From: Stegostoma tigrinum
Lineage: Eukaryota
NCBI RefSeq assembly: GCF_030684315.1
Contig: NC_081354.1
Location: forward strand, 56,262,259-56,326,258
Length of the DNA: 64,000 nucleotides
Direction of reading: 5' to 3'
The notes under the pieces are model-generated. The model was not told the origin of the DNA. It was given only the letters and a program-made list of their open reading frames with translations, and did not search any database. Numbering within the stretch: position 1 is the first letter of the stretch; each line of letters starts with the position of its first letter. Of the stretch, positions 25,909 to 39,973 are shown in pieces. The position numbers and the translations under genes were made by a program.

Positions 25909-26412
25909 CAAGTTTTTAACAGCGTTCTTACAAAGTGAAATAGTATTTGTAAAGAGCTCTGACCTGTTAGAGATTAAGCTAGCCACTAATGATGTTTATA
26001 AATCAGCTATTAATTAATGTTTAATGATTTTAGTGACAAATCTCTTGAATTAGGAACAAAAGCACAAGAGTAATCTAGTTGGTTCTTTGAGCCTGCTTCC
26101 ACCAATCAGTAAAATCATGGCCGATCTAGTTGTAGCCTCAGCCACATTATCCTGCCTGCATGCCATTGCCCTTGAGTGCCTCATCTATCAAATTTCAATT
26201 CAATATTTAAAGGCCGATTTCCACTACCTTCTGGGGAAGAGAATCCCCACCCTGGTGGAGTTTTGAGGGAAAGTTTGTTTCCTGATTAATGAGACAATGG
26301 TTTAACTGGATTCTAATTTGTCTGACCAGAAAAGAAACCTGAGGCAATAAAGGGCAATCTGGTTCATACTCAGCCTAACTTTTCTTCCAACTTACAATAA
26401 CAAAATATATCA

Positions 26413-26572
26413 TTAGTGGCATTTAAGCGAGCGCTGGACATGCACATGGACAGCAGTGAATTGAGGGGAATGTAGGGTAGGTTATTTTATTTTTGGATTA
26501 GGAATATTCCACGGCACAACATCATGGGCCGAAGGGCCTGTACTGTGCTGTACTTTTCTACGTTCTATGTTC
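26413..26572 (+). mobile_element. Short 5'-truncated CR1-type 3' end with 7-bp TSD
   Basis: Ends in gggccgaagggcctgtactgtgctgtac...ttctacgttctatgttc. TSD tatatca is at 26406-26412 and 26573-26579. Confidence 0.75.
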
Positions 26573-29004
26573 TATATCAAGAGAATAAATCAGGCAGCCA
26601 AACCTGAGTCATCCATTTCCCATCCATCAGGATCAGAGGGTGGAATTTTCCAGCTTTTAGTTAAAGTGTGAGGAGGAAAGAGGGGGCATCGTTAAAACGA
26701 GACACATCCACCACCTCAAGTGAGAAAGCCCACCACAATAAGTGTCTATCAGACACTTAAGTAGTCACCAGGGGCTGCTCAGTGGATCAATTCCTGGGAT
26801 AACGGTGACACACACTAGCCAAGGAGCAAAGCCACTTCAGAGGCTGCTGGCTGCACAGCAAAATCCCACAGTGTGGAAGCAGCAGGAAGGTGAGTAACTC
26901 TCACTCAGAATGGGGGAGGTGGCTGGAATATGTGATGATAGGAGGCTGAACCAAAAGGACAGGGGTCAGCTTTTCAGTTCTAAAGAAGAGTCATTCCGGA
27001 ATCTGAAATATTAACTCTTGTTTCTCTTTTCAAAGATACTACCAGACTTGTTGAGTTTCTCCAGCACTTTGAGTATTTGTTTCAGGTTTTCAAAGTCCAC
27101 AACATTTTGCCTTCATTTGAGAGACCAATTCAAACCTGTGTAGGAACAGCTGCAATTGGTTAATGGAAAAAAGTCTAAAATAAGCCTGAAACCCTGTCAC
27201 CAACTATACAAATAAAGCACTTTTACAAGTCCACTCATTTTGGTTTTGTGTGCGTCAAGCTGTGGCAAAACAGAAAGGGAGAATTACTAAATGCTTTCAC
27301 TTTGAACTCAGTGGCAACCTCAAGCTGTTTTGTGACCAGGTGAAGCATGAATCAGGCATAATTCAGAGGGTTTTCAGAGTCACCCTTGGCAACAGGACTA
27401 AACCTTTAACTAAGGTCCTATTGCACTGGGGGACTCTTTCGTCTCATATACTGTACAAGTCCAATTGCAAATATCCCCAAAAATTAAAGGAAAATACAAA
27501 AACATTATTCGTCTCTTTTTGAAATATTGGCATTGTGAAATTTAAAATAATTTACGACAACATTTGTGGTTCTTTGGCCAGGAAGTTCAATTTAAAACAA
27601 CTACAAGAACAGTAATAAACTTAAGAACATATATTATTGATGAATAAAGCACTTCACAAGCATAATTATACCTTCAACATATCAGATTACAAAATAAGTC
27701 CCAGCATCTAATACCAATAAATTTGCCACTCCTTATTAATTATTAATTATGCTTAATACCCATAGATTCTAGCATTTCTCGAAACATTTGGAGCTTCAAA
27801 TTGGCCCTAAATTTTCTAAAAAATACAAAATAAAGCACGAATAACAGGATATAAAAGAAACCTCACTGCTTCAATGGAAAGGCAAATACAGTAGGATGCA
27901 TAACTTTAAACAATTTGCTATTGTCTGTTTTGCAAGTCTGCAATATTTTACCTCCCGGTTACAATTATACTTTCATGTAGCTCAAGTGGAAGGAGATTAT
28001 GCAATGCCCGTGGATAAATGGACTACTAACCACATGTGACGAGAAGCAACTTGGCCTGCTTTTGCCTGCTTTGTTCAAAAAGCATTAAGTGATTGTGATT
28101 ATTTACAGAAAGCTGTGACCATACCTTGTGGAAGGCTGCCTTTGCCTCCATAAGAAAATATTATTATGTGGATACCGTAGGATAGGCTAACCCTGCTATA
28201 TTCTTATGGTCTGACATTTATTTCATATGCATTGTAAGCAGCATGGTAACCTTGATCAAATCTCCAACAAGAAATCTGCCAAACATGGAGCAGATAGAAT
28301 ATCCAGTGGTTGACAGCTCTTCAGGAGCTGTAGCCAATGTGAAAAGGAGAGATAAATTGTGTTAACTTGGGTGAATAGTTTATGATCTGCCTACTGTTGA
28401 GTGGAGCAAAAGAAGTGCTTTCCAAAACAAATTCTACGGCAGAAATAGAAATCTTTGGGAAATTGAGTGATTGTGCAGTACAAAAGCTGGATTCTTTTAC
28501 AGTTCAATGTGTCCTTGATGTCATTTCTAGCAATTCAAAATCTTGGAAATGGAGGTGATGCTGAATGACATAGGAATGGGAAGGGTAGCCCTCTTTGGGA
28601 CCCAACAGCACACACATGCAAAAAGGTAAAATTTACAAGAACAGACAGATGTTTAAAGTCTCTCCCTCTCTCAAGGCAGAAACAAAGCTGGGGCAATGAA
28701 TGTGGATACACTCAACATATTCCTGCCTGGGATTTAAATTTGAGAATGGGATCCCTGCCCTGTGTACCTGGGTGAAGATGTGTAACATAATGGAAAGCCT
28801 TAAAAAAGCTGTCATTATGGTTGGTACAATGTGTTTACCATGAATCTTTTACACACTTATCAATGATATCTGTGGCACATCCAAAGACAACCTTCATTGC
28901 TGATTATACACGTACAAGCTCCAGTGGGAGACAAATTCACCCGAAACCCTTGACATTTATACATTATGCAGGTTAATTTCCATCACCAAGAGTTGCAATA
29001 TAAC

Positions 29005-30320
29005 AGCACTGAAAGATGCAACATACAGTATCAATAAAGGGCAACCAGTGGATGTAATGTATTAGATTCTAAAAAGATAAAAGATTCATAATAAAACATA
29101 AGTTATTGTGTTTACGATAAGAATAATATATTAGCATGGATGGACATTAATGAAAAGGGAACAGAGTTGTGATAAGTGGTCCATTTTCAGATTGCAAACT
29201 AAAACTGATGGAGAGCCATACAGTTCAGTATCAAGACCTCAACTATTTGCGAACTACATTAATGACTTGGAAGAGTAACAAAGTGTATTATGGACAAATT
29301 TGCTAATGATAAAAAGTGTAGAAAAGCAAGTTGTGAAGAAGATGCAAAAAGCCTTCAACATGATAGGTTAACGAGTGGGAAACGCAGATGAAATATGATG
29401 TGAAAAAATGTAAAGTTGTCATGTTGGAAGGTTGAATTGCAAAACGGATTATTATTTCAATAAAAACAAGCTGTAGGATGCTGTGGGACCCAGGGAACTA
29501 GGGTTCACACACGTTAATAACAAAAAGCTGGCATGAAAGTACAGTAAGTGATTAGGAAGGAAGAAAGGATTGGAGTTTACAGAAATCTTGCCAGAACTAA
29601 TCCGATTCTTTTTTGCCTGTCTCGACTGAAATTTGCATCTGTCTGTAACATACTCTTGGGTAGTTCATTCCAGATCCTAATCACTCACTGTTTAAAATAT
29701 TTTTCTCACATTGCCATTGCTTCTTTTGCTAAATATCTTAAATCTGTGACCTTTGTTTCTTGAAACTTCTGCCTAAGGAAACATTTTATTTCTTGATCTA
29801 CTCTATTAAGACTTCTCTTATTTTAAAGGTATCAATCAGGTTTCTGCTTTACCTTCTCTAAGAAAAACAGATCAAACCTATTTTATTAAGAAAGTTTGAG
29901 CAGGTTTGCCCTACATGCATCAGAATTTAGGAGAATTAGAAACAAATTAATTGTAACACACAAGATTCATGTATGGGGCTCAATGGTGTAGATGCTGAGA
30001 ATGTGTTGCCCCTCATGGGAAGAAATCTGGAAATGGGGCCACAGCTCCAAAATACACAGTTTCGCATTTAAATTGGAGATGAGATAGAAGCTCTTCTCTC
30101 ACAGTGTCATTAATCTTTGGAATTCTTTAACCCACAGAGCAGTGGGTTTTGGGTATTAAATAGGCTGAGGCATGTACAGATATTTGACTTATGAAGGAGA
30201 CAATGGATTATGGCAAGCATGCAGGTAAGTGAAGTTAAGGCCTCAATCAGATCAGCCAGGATCTTACTGAATGACAAAGCAGCTCAAGGGGTGAAATGCC
30301 TTCCTTCTGTTTCTACTTCT
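29005..30320 (+). mobile_element. Old CR1 LINE fragment, with an opposite-strand CR1 3' piece at about 29600-29870
   Basis: gtggatgtaatgtattagatt (VDVxYLD-like), aaatttgctaatgat (KFANDx) and a CR1-type 3' UTR. Confidence 0.65.
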
Positions 30321-30673
30321 TCTGTTCAGAACTGCATGCTAAGCTACAGGATAGGCACTTGTCTGTCATTCTATTCCCTAAACCACTGTACTTTTAATTT
30401 AAAACATCGCAAGACCTTTTTTTTGCTGCATACTTAAATAAAACCAAATATGAATGGAAGAACTCCAGAAAGTACAAATCTTTGACTTGCTTGGAGGATG
30501 CAAGGTATGAAATCTAACCAGTGAGAGTACCAATAAAATAGAAGGTAAAAACAGGAGACGGTAAAACACAGACTTCCAAAATTAAGCCAATTCCACGATA
30601 TCTTTGGTGCATTTTCCCACATTTCTCTCACTCTCTCCCACACAGGCATATATGAAAACATTACACAGAGAGC

Positions 30674-30868
30674 CATAGGGCTGTACAGCATGGAAACAGA
30701 TCTTACAGTCCAACTCATCCATGTTGACCAGGTATCCAAAATTAATCTAGTCCCATATGCCAGCTTTTGACCCATATCCCTCTAAAATTTTCCTATTCAT
30801 GTACCAATCCAGATGCCTTTTAAATGTTGTATTGTACTGGCCTCCACGGCCTCCTCCAGCAGCTCATT

Positions 30869-30903
<35 letters not shown>

Positions 30904-31130
30904 ATTCTCTGTGAGATAATGTTGCCCCTTAGGTCCCTTTTAAATCTTTCCCCTCTCATCTTAAACGCATACTAATTTTGGACTCCGCTAAACCTGGGGA
31001 AAAGACCTCGACTATTCACCCTATCCAAGCCCCTTGATATTTTATAAACTTCTATAAAGGTCACCCCTCATCCTTCCTATAGGATGGAGACATGAATTTA
31101 ATGCAATATTCCAAAAGTGGTCTAATATAA
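30674..31130 (-). mobile_element. CR1 3' end containing an (AC)n microsatellite
   Basis: Same 3' UTR as at 14324-14509/16631 onward and at 52100-52385. Confidence 0.85.
30871..30902. repeat. (AC)16 microsatellite
   Basis: Perfect AC run within the CR1 3' region. Confidence 0.95.
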
Positions 31131-33809
31131 TGGAATGTATTTTTGCTTTTAACAGTTGAGTAGTAAATTATCCCTGATGAGATATTTAGAAGAACATCGG
31201 ATCAGGGAAGAACATGAGTGAAACAACAGACAGTTCTGAACAAAAGTCAGCAGACCATCAATGTTGACTCTGATGTTTCTCCACAGATGCTGCCAGACCT
31301 GCTGAGATTTTCCAGAAATCTCTGTTTTTGAGCAAGTATGATATTTTTCTTGATCAATGTTATGCAATGTCCAATCATAGTAATTTGGTTACACCTTCTT
31401 AACTCACTACTCATCAAATGAATATTCTCATTTGAAGCCACTTGTGGTGACAAGCCTGCTTACTTCCCAGGACTTTCAAGGAACAACTACATACACACAG
31501 ATAAACTAAACACAAGCAACTTTTAACAATGCTGCATGTGGCTAAAGCATTGCCAACAATCAGTACTTAGTCCTATTAAAACTGAAACTAAAAATGCAAC
31601 AAATTTCTAACTAGATATTCCACCTATAACTTGAAACAGCAGATAATGGCAGATCCTGATTATTTGCTTCAAGGAAGTCCTTACAACAATAAAGAGGAAT
31701 AAAGGTACAACATTTTATACAACACTAAGTAAATCAAGTTTTCCAATTCTAACCACACTAATGCTTAATTTAGATTCTGTAGCACCTGCCTCGTCTAGAA
31801 AAAAAAGTTAACATTATATACCCTTCAAGGTGAAATATTTTGTATTAAGTTCCAATAATTATGAATGAAATAACATGTAGAAATATGTTCACTCTTTCTC
31901 ACTATCTAATCTGCTTCCCAACAGTCTAGTTCACTGTCTCTCCTGCTTCGCTTTACTTCCCCTCCTGCTCTGTGACCCTCCAGCTTACTGCTTTCCCATT
32001 CACCACTGAACACGTTCCCCAAACTTGGCTCATGTTGCCTCTCCGACTCATTAACTCATTCTTCTGAATCCCCTCTGTAACTGATGGTAAGAGACACGAA
32101 TAGCAAGGAGCAGGAAAAGCAACGTAGGTTACAGGGTTGCAGAGCTAAGTTGGAGAAATGGCAAGAGGGAAGGTCTGCACAGATCTGGAGAGTTGACAAT
32201 GACTGCAAGCATCAGTGAGAGAGAGAGAAAGTTCAGAAGATCCCATGAGGGTTAGTGAAAAGGACAGTGATTCAGCAGTGACACAGAGAGTTGGTGGGCT
32301 GGTGGATGGTTTCATGAAATGGAAAGGTTGGCAGCCAGATGGAGGGCTTAGCGAAAGGAGAATCGATCAAAAGGCAGCTCAGCAGGGAACAGGATGGTCA
32401 AGGAGAAAGTGAGTTGGAGAAAGACAGAGTCAGTCAGAGGAAAAATCAGCAATGCCAGGGAAGGCTGAAAAGAGGAAAGGTCAGAGGCACAAGAGACTTC
32501 TGCAGGCTGATTGGATCACCCATCCGTAGATCAGGCCCAGCATGAAATACATTAAAACAAAACTCTAGACTGTAACAATAAAAACAGGATCCATTAACTG
32601 ACTAATGTCATCAATGGGGTGGCCAAAACATCCTGTCCCATGATTTTCAGCTGCTAGCTATTTGTCTTTCATACCCCAGACAAATGGACATTCAACCACT
32701 GAATATCATCCTCACAGTCTACAATTCAGCTCAACTCATTTTTTCCCAGTGCATCAGAAAAGATACACCTCAGCTCCTCAGACTTTCAGATGACTACAAT
32801 CTCTCTTTGGCAACTTCCCCTCTTTTGAGTTGATGCTTTGTGCCTTGGTGGTCACCTCAGAGTTAAACATTGTCTACTGTTGCTCAGGGGACCAACTTTG
32901 CCAGTGATTGCTCCATTCCCACTCCAGAATATTTATTCCTCCTTTGAATCCACTGTTGGCAGATTGTATGCAGCTGCATAAGCACTATCAATATCTCACG
33001 CTCAATTCATCTACCAACTTCTCCTCATTATATCATCCACTGCACCACTGGAACTTCAAGAAGACCAAATGGAGAGTAAGAGTTTTATGGGACAGGTGGA
33101 AATTACCAGGATGAAGGGTTTTAAACAAGATTAAAAGAAATTTAATTGTACGTATTGAGAAATTGAAAGCCAATGTAGCTGAGTGAGGAAAGCAGCACCG
33201 GTTAAGTGAGATTTGTTGTAGGTTAATCTCAAGCAGCATAGTTTTTTATGAATTGATTTACAGACTGGAAAAAGGGGGGCTAACCAGAGGAATGCTTATA
33301 ATAGTTGAGACTGATAACAAAGTAGAATCATAAGACCAAATGTTAAAATGCACATTTCTAAATCTAATCAATTGACTTAAATCTCCCTCTTGCACAAACA
33401 ACCAGTTCTAATTTTCTCAGAGATAATAGGAACTGCAGAGGCAGTAAATCGTGAGCACATTTATAACAATAAACATCTGATTCTAAGAATAGAGTACAGC
33501 TGGAAAAATTACAATTGCATTTAAATGGTAAAAATTAAATAATAGCAGTTTTGGCCCTATTCCTAAAAATATATTTATTAATCATTCTCATGATGCTGGC
33601 AAAGGTAGCTATTATTGTCCCTTCTTGAACTGTTGCAGAGCAGCTTCAAGTTGCTTGTTAGGCCATTTTCAGAATGCAGTTAAGAGTCTAGCATGTGGCG
33701 TGGGACAGGGGACACAAAATATACCAGCAAGTTTCCTTTCCCAAGTACAACAAACCTTCAAAAACAAGGACATCAGAACATAGAGCAACCTTCCTAGCGA
33801 GAGACTTAC

Positions 33810-33956
33810 CAGATGGCAATTAGTTGGTTTTCCACTCATGTCAGTGGAAGGCGGAGTCAGTAGCTGCCAATCACAGCCCTTGTTGTAAGTGATGTAGGTC
33901 TTCACTTTACCATTCGATTTTTTATTAGCCAAGAAAACCCCTTTAATTCCCTGTAC
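33810..33956 (-). CDS. SORCS2: SORCS2 internal coding exon (147 nt)
   Basis: A long polypyrimidine tract precedes tatag|GTA CAG...CAT CTG|gtaagt. It translates VQGIKGVFLANKKSNGKVKTYITYNKGCDWQLLTPPSTDMSGKPTNCHL, with the Asp-box-like TYNKGxDW. Phase 0/0. Confidence 0.95.
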
Positions 33957-34881
33957 CTATAAGGCCGAAGAGGAAAAGAAGAAGGGAGAAAAAAAAGATT
34001 TACTGGAGGCATGAATAAATTCAAAGGGTTTCCCAACTAGGGGCTATATTTGAATGAGTGCTTTAAAATGTCCTCAAAGCCAAAATGTCAGATTGATTAA
34101 TGTACAGCCAAGATTATCAAAGCAGGTTTCTAATTCTAACAAAAGTGCTGGTGGCCAAAATAAAGCCAGCTATGTCAGTATGAAATTGGATTGAGTAGAG
34201 CGAGTTGTGAAAATCTATTAAGACTGATGGATGAAAGACATGCACATATTAGACACTATTGCATTGTAATTTGTCCCTGTTGGTAATAGACCTTTGAGTA
34301 ACAGATTGCTTTGCTAATTGCAATATACAGTGTCATTCATTCAAGCAGGAAAACACAATCTAAAAATAACACAAACAATTGTTTCTTAGTTATTTCAGAT
34401 CTCTCATTCATTTTTCAGAGCATGCTACATAGATAGAAGTATGTTTTATACACATAAATGGGTTTATTTAAATGTGTGCAGTTGCAAACATAGCTACCTT
34501 ACACACGTACCAACATCATTGCTCTTTTTGTTACAAACAAAAACAATCAAACTCTGACCCCAGATCTGTATCTTTGACTTTTTAAAATAGTCCTCCCTGC
34601 TTTAATCTGTACCACAAATCATTCTTTGACAAGAGGGCTGTCAGGTAACATACTCAGGGCTAGCTCCATTGTCACTCAATTTCTATGTACAGAGGTATGA
34701 AATGCTGTCTGAGTTTCTTCATTCTTTCACTTTCCTACTCTCTGCCCTGGTCAAGAGATCCTTTTGGCTGAATTTGTCTTCTCTTGAAGGCACTGGGCTT
34801 GGAGGTGGGAAGACGACTCAATTAGTTCAGGCAGTGGTGAACCCAGTCAACCTCACTGCTACTGGATTTAAGCTCGAGGTG

Positions 34882-35054
34882 AGAACATAGAACATAGAAC
34901 ATAGAACATTACAGCACAGTACAGGCCCTTCGGCCCTCGATGTTGTTCCGACCTGTCATACCGATCTCAAGCCCATCTAACCTACACTATTCCATGTACG
35001 TCCATATGCTTGTCCAATGACAACTTAAATGTACCTAAAGTTGGTGAATCTACT
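34882..35054 (-). mobile_element. Young CR1-type 3' end with (TTCTATG)n tail
   Basis: agaacat x4 followed by tacagcacagtacaggcccttcggccc; same tail type as 26413-26572. Confidence 0.8.
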
Positions 35055-35937
35055 TTAGAAGAGCCATGACTAGCCTTCCTGTCTTCCTGCCAATCGAGGC
35101 GCTTAAGTGATCAACTAAAGGCTACTTAAGAGCCTCAGCCCACTGCCATAGAGCCATAAGCCACAAGGCAGGTCAATCTGTGCAGGCTGTCTGTCAGTTT
35201 TGGGGTGGCGACTAATTCAGGGACTGGACACTGGGTTGTGACTGCTGAAAGCCTTGACTCCAACTCTCCTGTCCCCACTATTCCTGTAACCCCCAACCTG
35301 AGACACCCCCTTCTTCCAATCACTTAGTCCCAGGTCCATCCAAGTCCTGGGAGACCAGGGGTGCTTTTCCAATAGTATTTGCCACCTTCTCTGTGACAGT
35401 ACTGAGGGCAAGAGCTACTGGCTTCTGATTAGCTGACAGCTCTCAATGGACAAGAACTCTGCCCTGGGGTATTGATTCCAGGTGAGGACCTGCTGGTGGC
35501 ATCACAGAAGCTTGGATCACGGGAGATTTGACTGGGCTTCAGTGGAAGAGGGTGCTCAGGCCCTGATCACAGCGACAAGATTCCACCCTTGGTGTTTTTT
35601 CATCCTTACCAAGATCAGGAACACATATTATGGGGGACTCACATCAGCAGGCTGTGCAGTGCACCAATATATGATGGATTGTCGGGTTTTTGAGTATCAA
35701 AACTTCTCTCAGATTCAATGCTTTCCTCTTTTCAGTACATTGAGGGCTGTAATACTCTTCACAAACAATAGCACTGTATAACATGTCAGGAAGAGGCAGT
35801 TCAAATTGAGCAAACTACTCCAAGCCAGAAATGCCCTTTCCACCAAAGAATCAGGGTGCCATGACAATAATTTATTAACATTTAAATATTCTGGATGAGT
35901 GTCACTCACACAGTCAGACAAGCATTCATCCTGCCTC

Positions 35938-35960
35938 TATTATTATTATTATTATTATTA
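35938..35960. repeat. (TAT)n microsatellite
   Basis: About 7-8 units of tat. Confidence 0.9.
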
Positions 35961-38900
35961 AAATTCCACATGAAAAAGTGTACACAGACGTAAGATTTAA
36001 AAAAACACAGGGTTTGAAATCTTTAAAAAGTAGTTTAATTAGTCGAAACTAATTCTTCCTTACCTTTGGTCAATAATTCCTCAAAAGAATGTGATTGACT
36101 GAGATAAATGTCCCTGTCAGGGTGGATACCAGGTCAGGACAGGACAGGACAGAACATCTGTAAGTGGCTCACTGAGATAATCTGAAAACATCGCAACTTC
36201 CATGTGTAGGCTGGCAATATGCAGCTCCATCTTACCTTTGGGTCGAGTAGTTTATTGCACATATATAAGTGAGGACCCAGCAAGATTCTCATTAATAGTG
36301 GCTGAAAAATCCCAGGAGTGCTGGAATAAGATTGTCACTGCAGTGCCACAAAAGGTACCTGGTTAATTATAGGTACTGAGGGTCTGGATGATCAACGCTA
36401 AAGACAGCAGTCTGTGCAAAAATATGAATGGAATGGAGTAGTGGGCTATAGGTAGGGAGGAGGTCTCTTCTAGGCCCTCTACTACCATTCGCTGAACTCA
36501 GAGCACCACACAATTTTCCCAGATCCACATGCAATCCAGTGAAATGGCAGTTGCTGAGAGAGATGGGAGCGAATGTGACCTATGCTTCACCCTACAACAG
36601 ATAGTTACATTCAGTGAGTGAGCGATGGCAGTCCAGTGATACCTCCTACAATACAGATTTTACCTCACCCTCTGTAGCAATCCATGAAACTTTCTGATGG
36701 GTTCACAGAAGAGAATCTGGCTACTTATTCTCCCAAGCATGCACTATATAACAGCAATCATGTCAGAAATTCCAACAATATATCTGATCCTAAGTTTAGG
36801 ACACTGAAGCCAAGTATTACTTTGCCTGAGATCAGATGGCAGCACAGTTCTGAGATTGGATCTGGGGCTTTCCTGATTTGTAAAGAAGACAGAAATGGCG
36901 AAATATTTTTATAACAGACCTGGCTGTGTAAGTGGTATGAGATTATCTACTCTGTATAAATAAATACAGTACCTTTTCTAATAGGTGACGTGCCTAGAAA
37001 AAGATTTTGTCTTTATATTTTCTCTCCCACTGGAGACAATTACCTTGTTTAGTATTTCAAACAGTCGTGTAATTCACATGTTAATTTAACAAGATGTAAC
37101 ATCTCCTTGGAATATTAAACAATTCCAATTCATGTCTGCGCTGTAAGTTGGCTGTGACTCATCTCAGTCCTCAATCTGTATCCAACCCTTGAGCCACTTA
37201 TTTTGCAGCTATTTTCATTTGGGTATTAAGTTGAGTGTCTACATGCTAGCACCATGATTCCAGTGAGGGTCCTTCCACATTTAGGCAACAGGATATAATA
37301 GCACAGAATTTAAGAAGCCGACTCACTGAAACTAGTCTCTTTGAACCCAGAGTAACAATACAATTATGTCTTGTCATTAGCAACATCTGAATGCTGTCAG
37401 CCTAAGACAGTCACTGTTGCCTCAGTGTTCCTCCATCTTGCAAAGGTTTATACACCCAGACACAAAGACTGATTTCCCTACCATCCCACACTGCGTATAA
37501 CCCAAACACTTGCTTAATCTGCGTTATGACAGGGAACAGCAGAAACATATTTTAGAAGTTGGAAATGGAGAGTTATGTAAAAACAAATAATAACTCTCCC
37601 AGCTCACACCTGCATTGCGCTGAAACATGAAGGCTGCTGGCATATATGCAATTACCTGCTTCCATTATTATAACTTTCAGCTACATTACAAGGAAAAAAG
37701 ACCAATCAGAAGTCGTGCTTCTGAATATCACTCGGTACCTCTACTTGAATGTATGTGACTCTGAATAGTGAACTATGTGAGAGTATCTGATTTAGATCTT
37801 TGATTCTTCCCATATTCAAATAATATGCCAGCTCTATTATTTTGAGCCACATGGGTGAGTTACTGTTTCAGTGAAACTGATTTAATGCCATTAAACTGAC
37901 AAAATAACTTGTAAAGAAAACATATCTAACCAATCATCAAAAAAATCTTATTGCTGTGAAATTGCATTCACAGCATCAGTTCTAAGACACTCTTCATAGT
38001 TTTTCATAATGCATTGTATTAGTTTATCCAGCTGTGAAAATTCTAATCCCTGTCACACCTAAATTAAATTATCATATTATTCCTTGGCTCTTCATGTTTC
38101 TCACCTGACAACTTCCTGATGATTCTATTCTATCAAACTGTGAGTAACTTTACAGAGATTATCAAACCTCAGCTTCAATCCCAGTCTGTGTTGAATTAAG
38201 CAATCATTGCAAATGGATCCAGCAAGTGAAGGGAAATCAACCCTTCTGATCGCTGAATCAGCAATCATGCATAAATGTCCCTTAGGTGGAGACAAAAGTG
38301 GGTCTGGATGGTTTTTAAAGTCAAGTACCCTGCCAATATCTATAGTGTAGGTTCTAGAGGCACAACCAGTACAGTGACAAGTTAATACCTTCAGGAACGG
38401 TGAATAGAAAACCGAGGGCAAAAAAGCTGAACACATAAAATTTCCTGGAGAATTTATGAGCTTTATTAAGTGTCAAAGATTGTAATACGTAGTAAAGTGA
38501 ATGACGTCAAACTGTCATATATCCTTTCTTGTCTACAGACAGAATATTGCCAAAAATTTCCCATCAGAAACTCTTTAAGAACCAATTCTCAAGCCACAAC
38601 AAATTCCTTGAACAACTGCATACAGCTTTTGTAATTTTAGTCAGGTTTTTGCATCTACTTTCTCCCTAATTTTGGCATAGATATTTTTTCTTCAATGAGT
38701 AGTTCTACTACTGTGTTTGCATCATTCACATAATTACCATGCTGCCATTTTCGTTAGACATCCTGCACCTAGTAAACAGCAGTTTTTTTTTTAACCTTTA
38801 ATTCTCTGTCAGTTCCAGGAAAATATCAGTCTTCCAGACCTGTTGAATTTTATTTCTTTTCAGTTCATGTGGTCACACATGTATTACAGGAATAAAGATT

Positions 38901-39339
38901 CATAAATAACTGAAGTAGTTTAAATATGGTATAAAGACTTATTTACTGAATAAGCTAGTAAAACACACTGATTATTTTTCAAAACTCTAGATATTACTTT
39001 TGTTTTCCATCATTTTAAGTTCATCCCAAATCAGTTATTTTCAATTAAAAATGTGTTCATCAAGTTTAATTTTATTCTTTGCAACCACACACCATGCTAC
39101 CCTGCTTCAAATATAAGCCTTTTACTTGATGATTTTCTTCTTGTCACAATTACTGCTATTAGTTTTATACATGTTCAGATGTCTGTACGGTACAGCCAGT
39201 GAGGCTGAGTATTTTTCCAAAGGATTTTCATTAATATCACTGATGCATGTCATAAAAGGGATTGCTTATTGTGTTTAAAAATAAATAAATAATTAACAGT
39301 TCCTTCTCTTGCACATCAGTTGGCTTGAAATGCCGGCTT

Positions 39340-39973
39340 AGGTACTGACGCCCTGACCCCATGAAAGAAAAAGGCAAAAAGGCACTTGGCCACAGGTGTG
39401 AATTTCTTTGGACCGTCCGTTGCTATGTTGCCTCATTTCACTGGAAGTTACATACAGATGGGAGTTCTGCTGCCCTTCTGCGAGGCCTGGAACAGCATGA
39501 GCGGCGAGCCCTGGAGCTGCATGAGGAAGTAGCCCCAGAGCAATGCACAGGAAGTGAATCCCGGATGGAGACTGGCACAAGAGAGGCAATCCCGGAACAT
39601 ACCTTGGAGCTGCTGAGTGCCGGTATGGAGTGGACTGGGGCTTGGAGTGGAGCTGGAAGAGCTGTTGGACTGGGGTCTAGTGCAGGTGGTCAGACCACAT
39701 ACGGAGGCTCTGTGCTGAGCTGCTACATTGTTATGTCTATTTGAAATTTACTACCTTACTGTAATGTTAACCCTTTAATGATATCCTTTTTAACTTATTT
39801 TTCAACTCTGTAAAGTAATGCAACTACTTTTATTCCTCTTCTGCATCCAAGAATTGTACCTAACATATTTGTACCTAATATGTCACCATATGAAGGCAGA
39901 CATTGTAAAAGCTTTTTACTGTACACCCTCAATGGAGTACATGTGACAAGAAAATGATATTCTATTCTATTCT
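39340..39973 (+). mobile_element. Putative non-autonomous retroposon with Rex1/Babar-like tail
   Basis: A GC-rich 5' body sits in AT-rich context and ends gtacatgtgacaagaaaatga(tattc)3, similar to the tail of the LINE at 712-750. The 5' boundary is approximate. Confidence 0.45.

Noticed and set aside
31920-32480. Abrupt pyrimidine-rich to purine-rich switch suggesting an inverted repeat
   Set aside because: The symmetry is compositional only; I could not align the two halves base by base.
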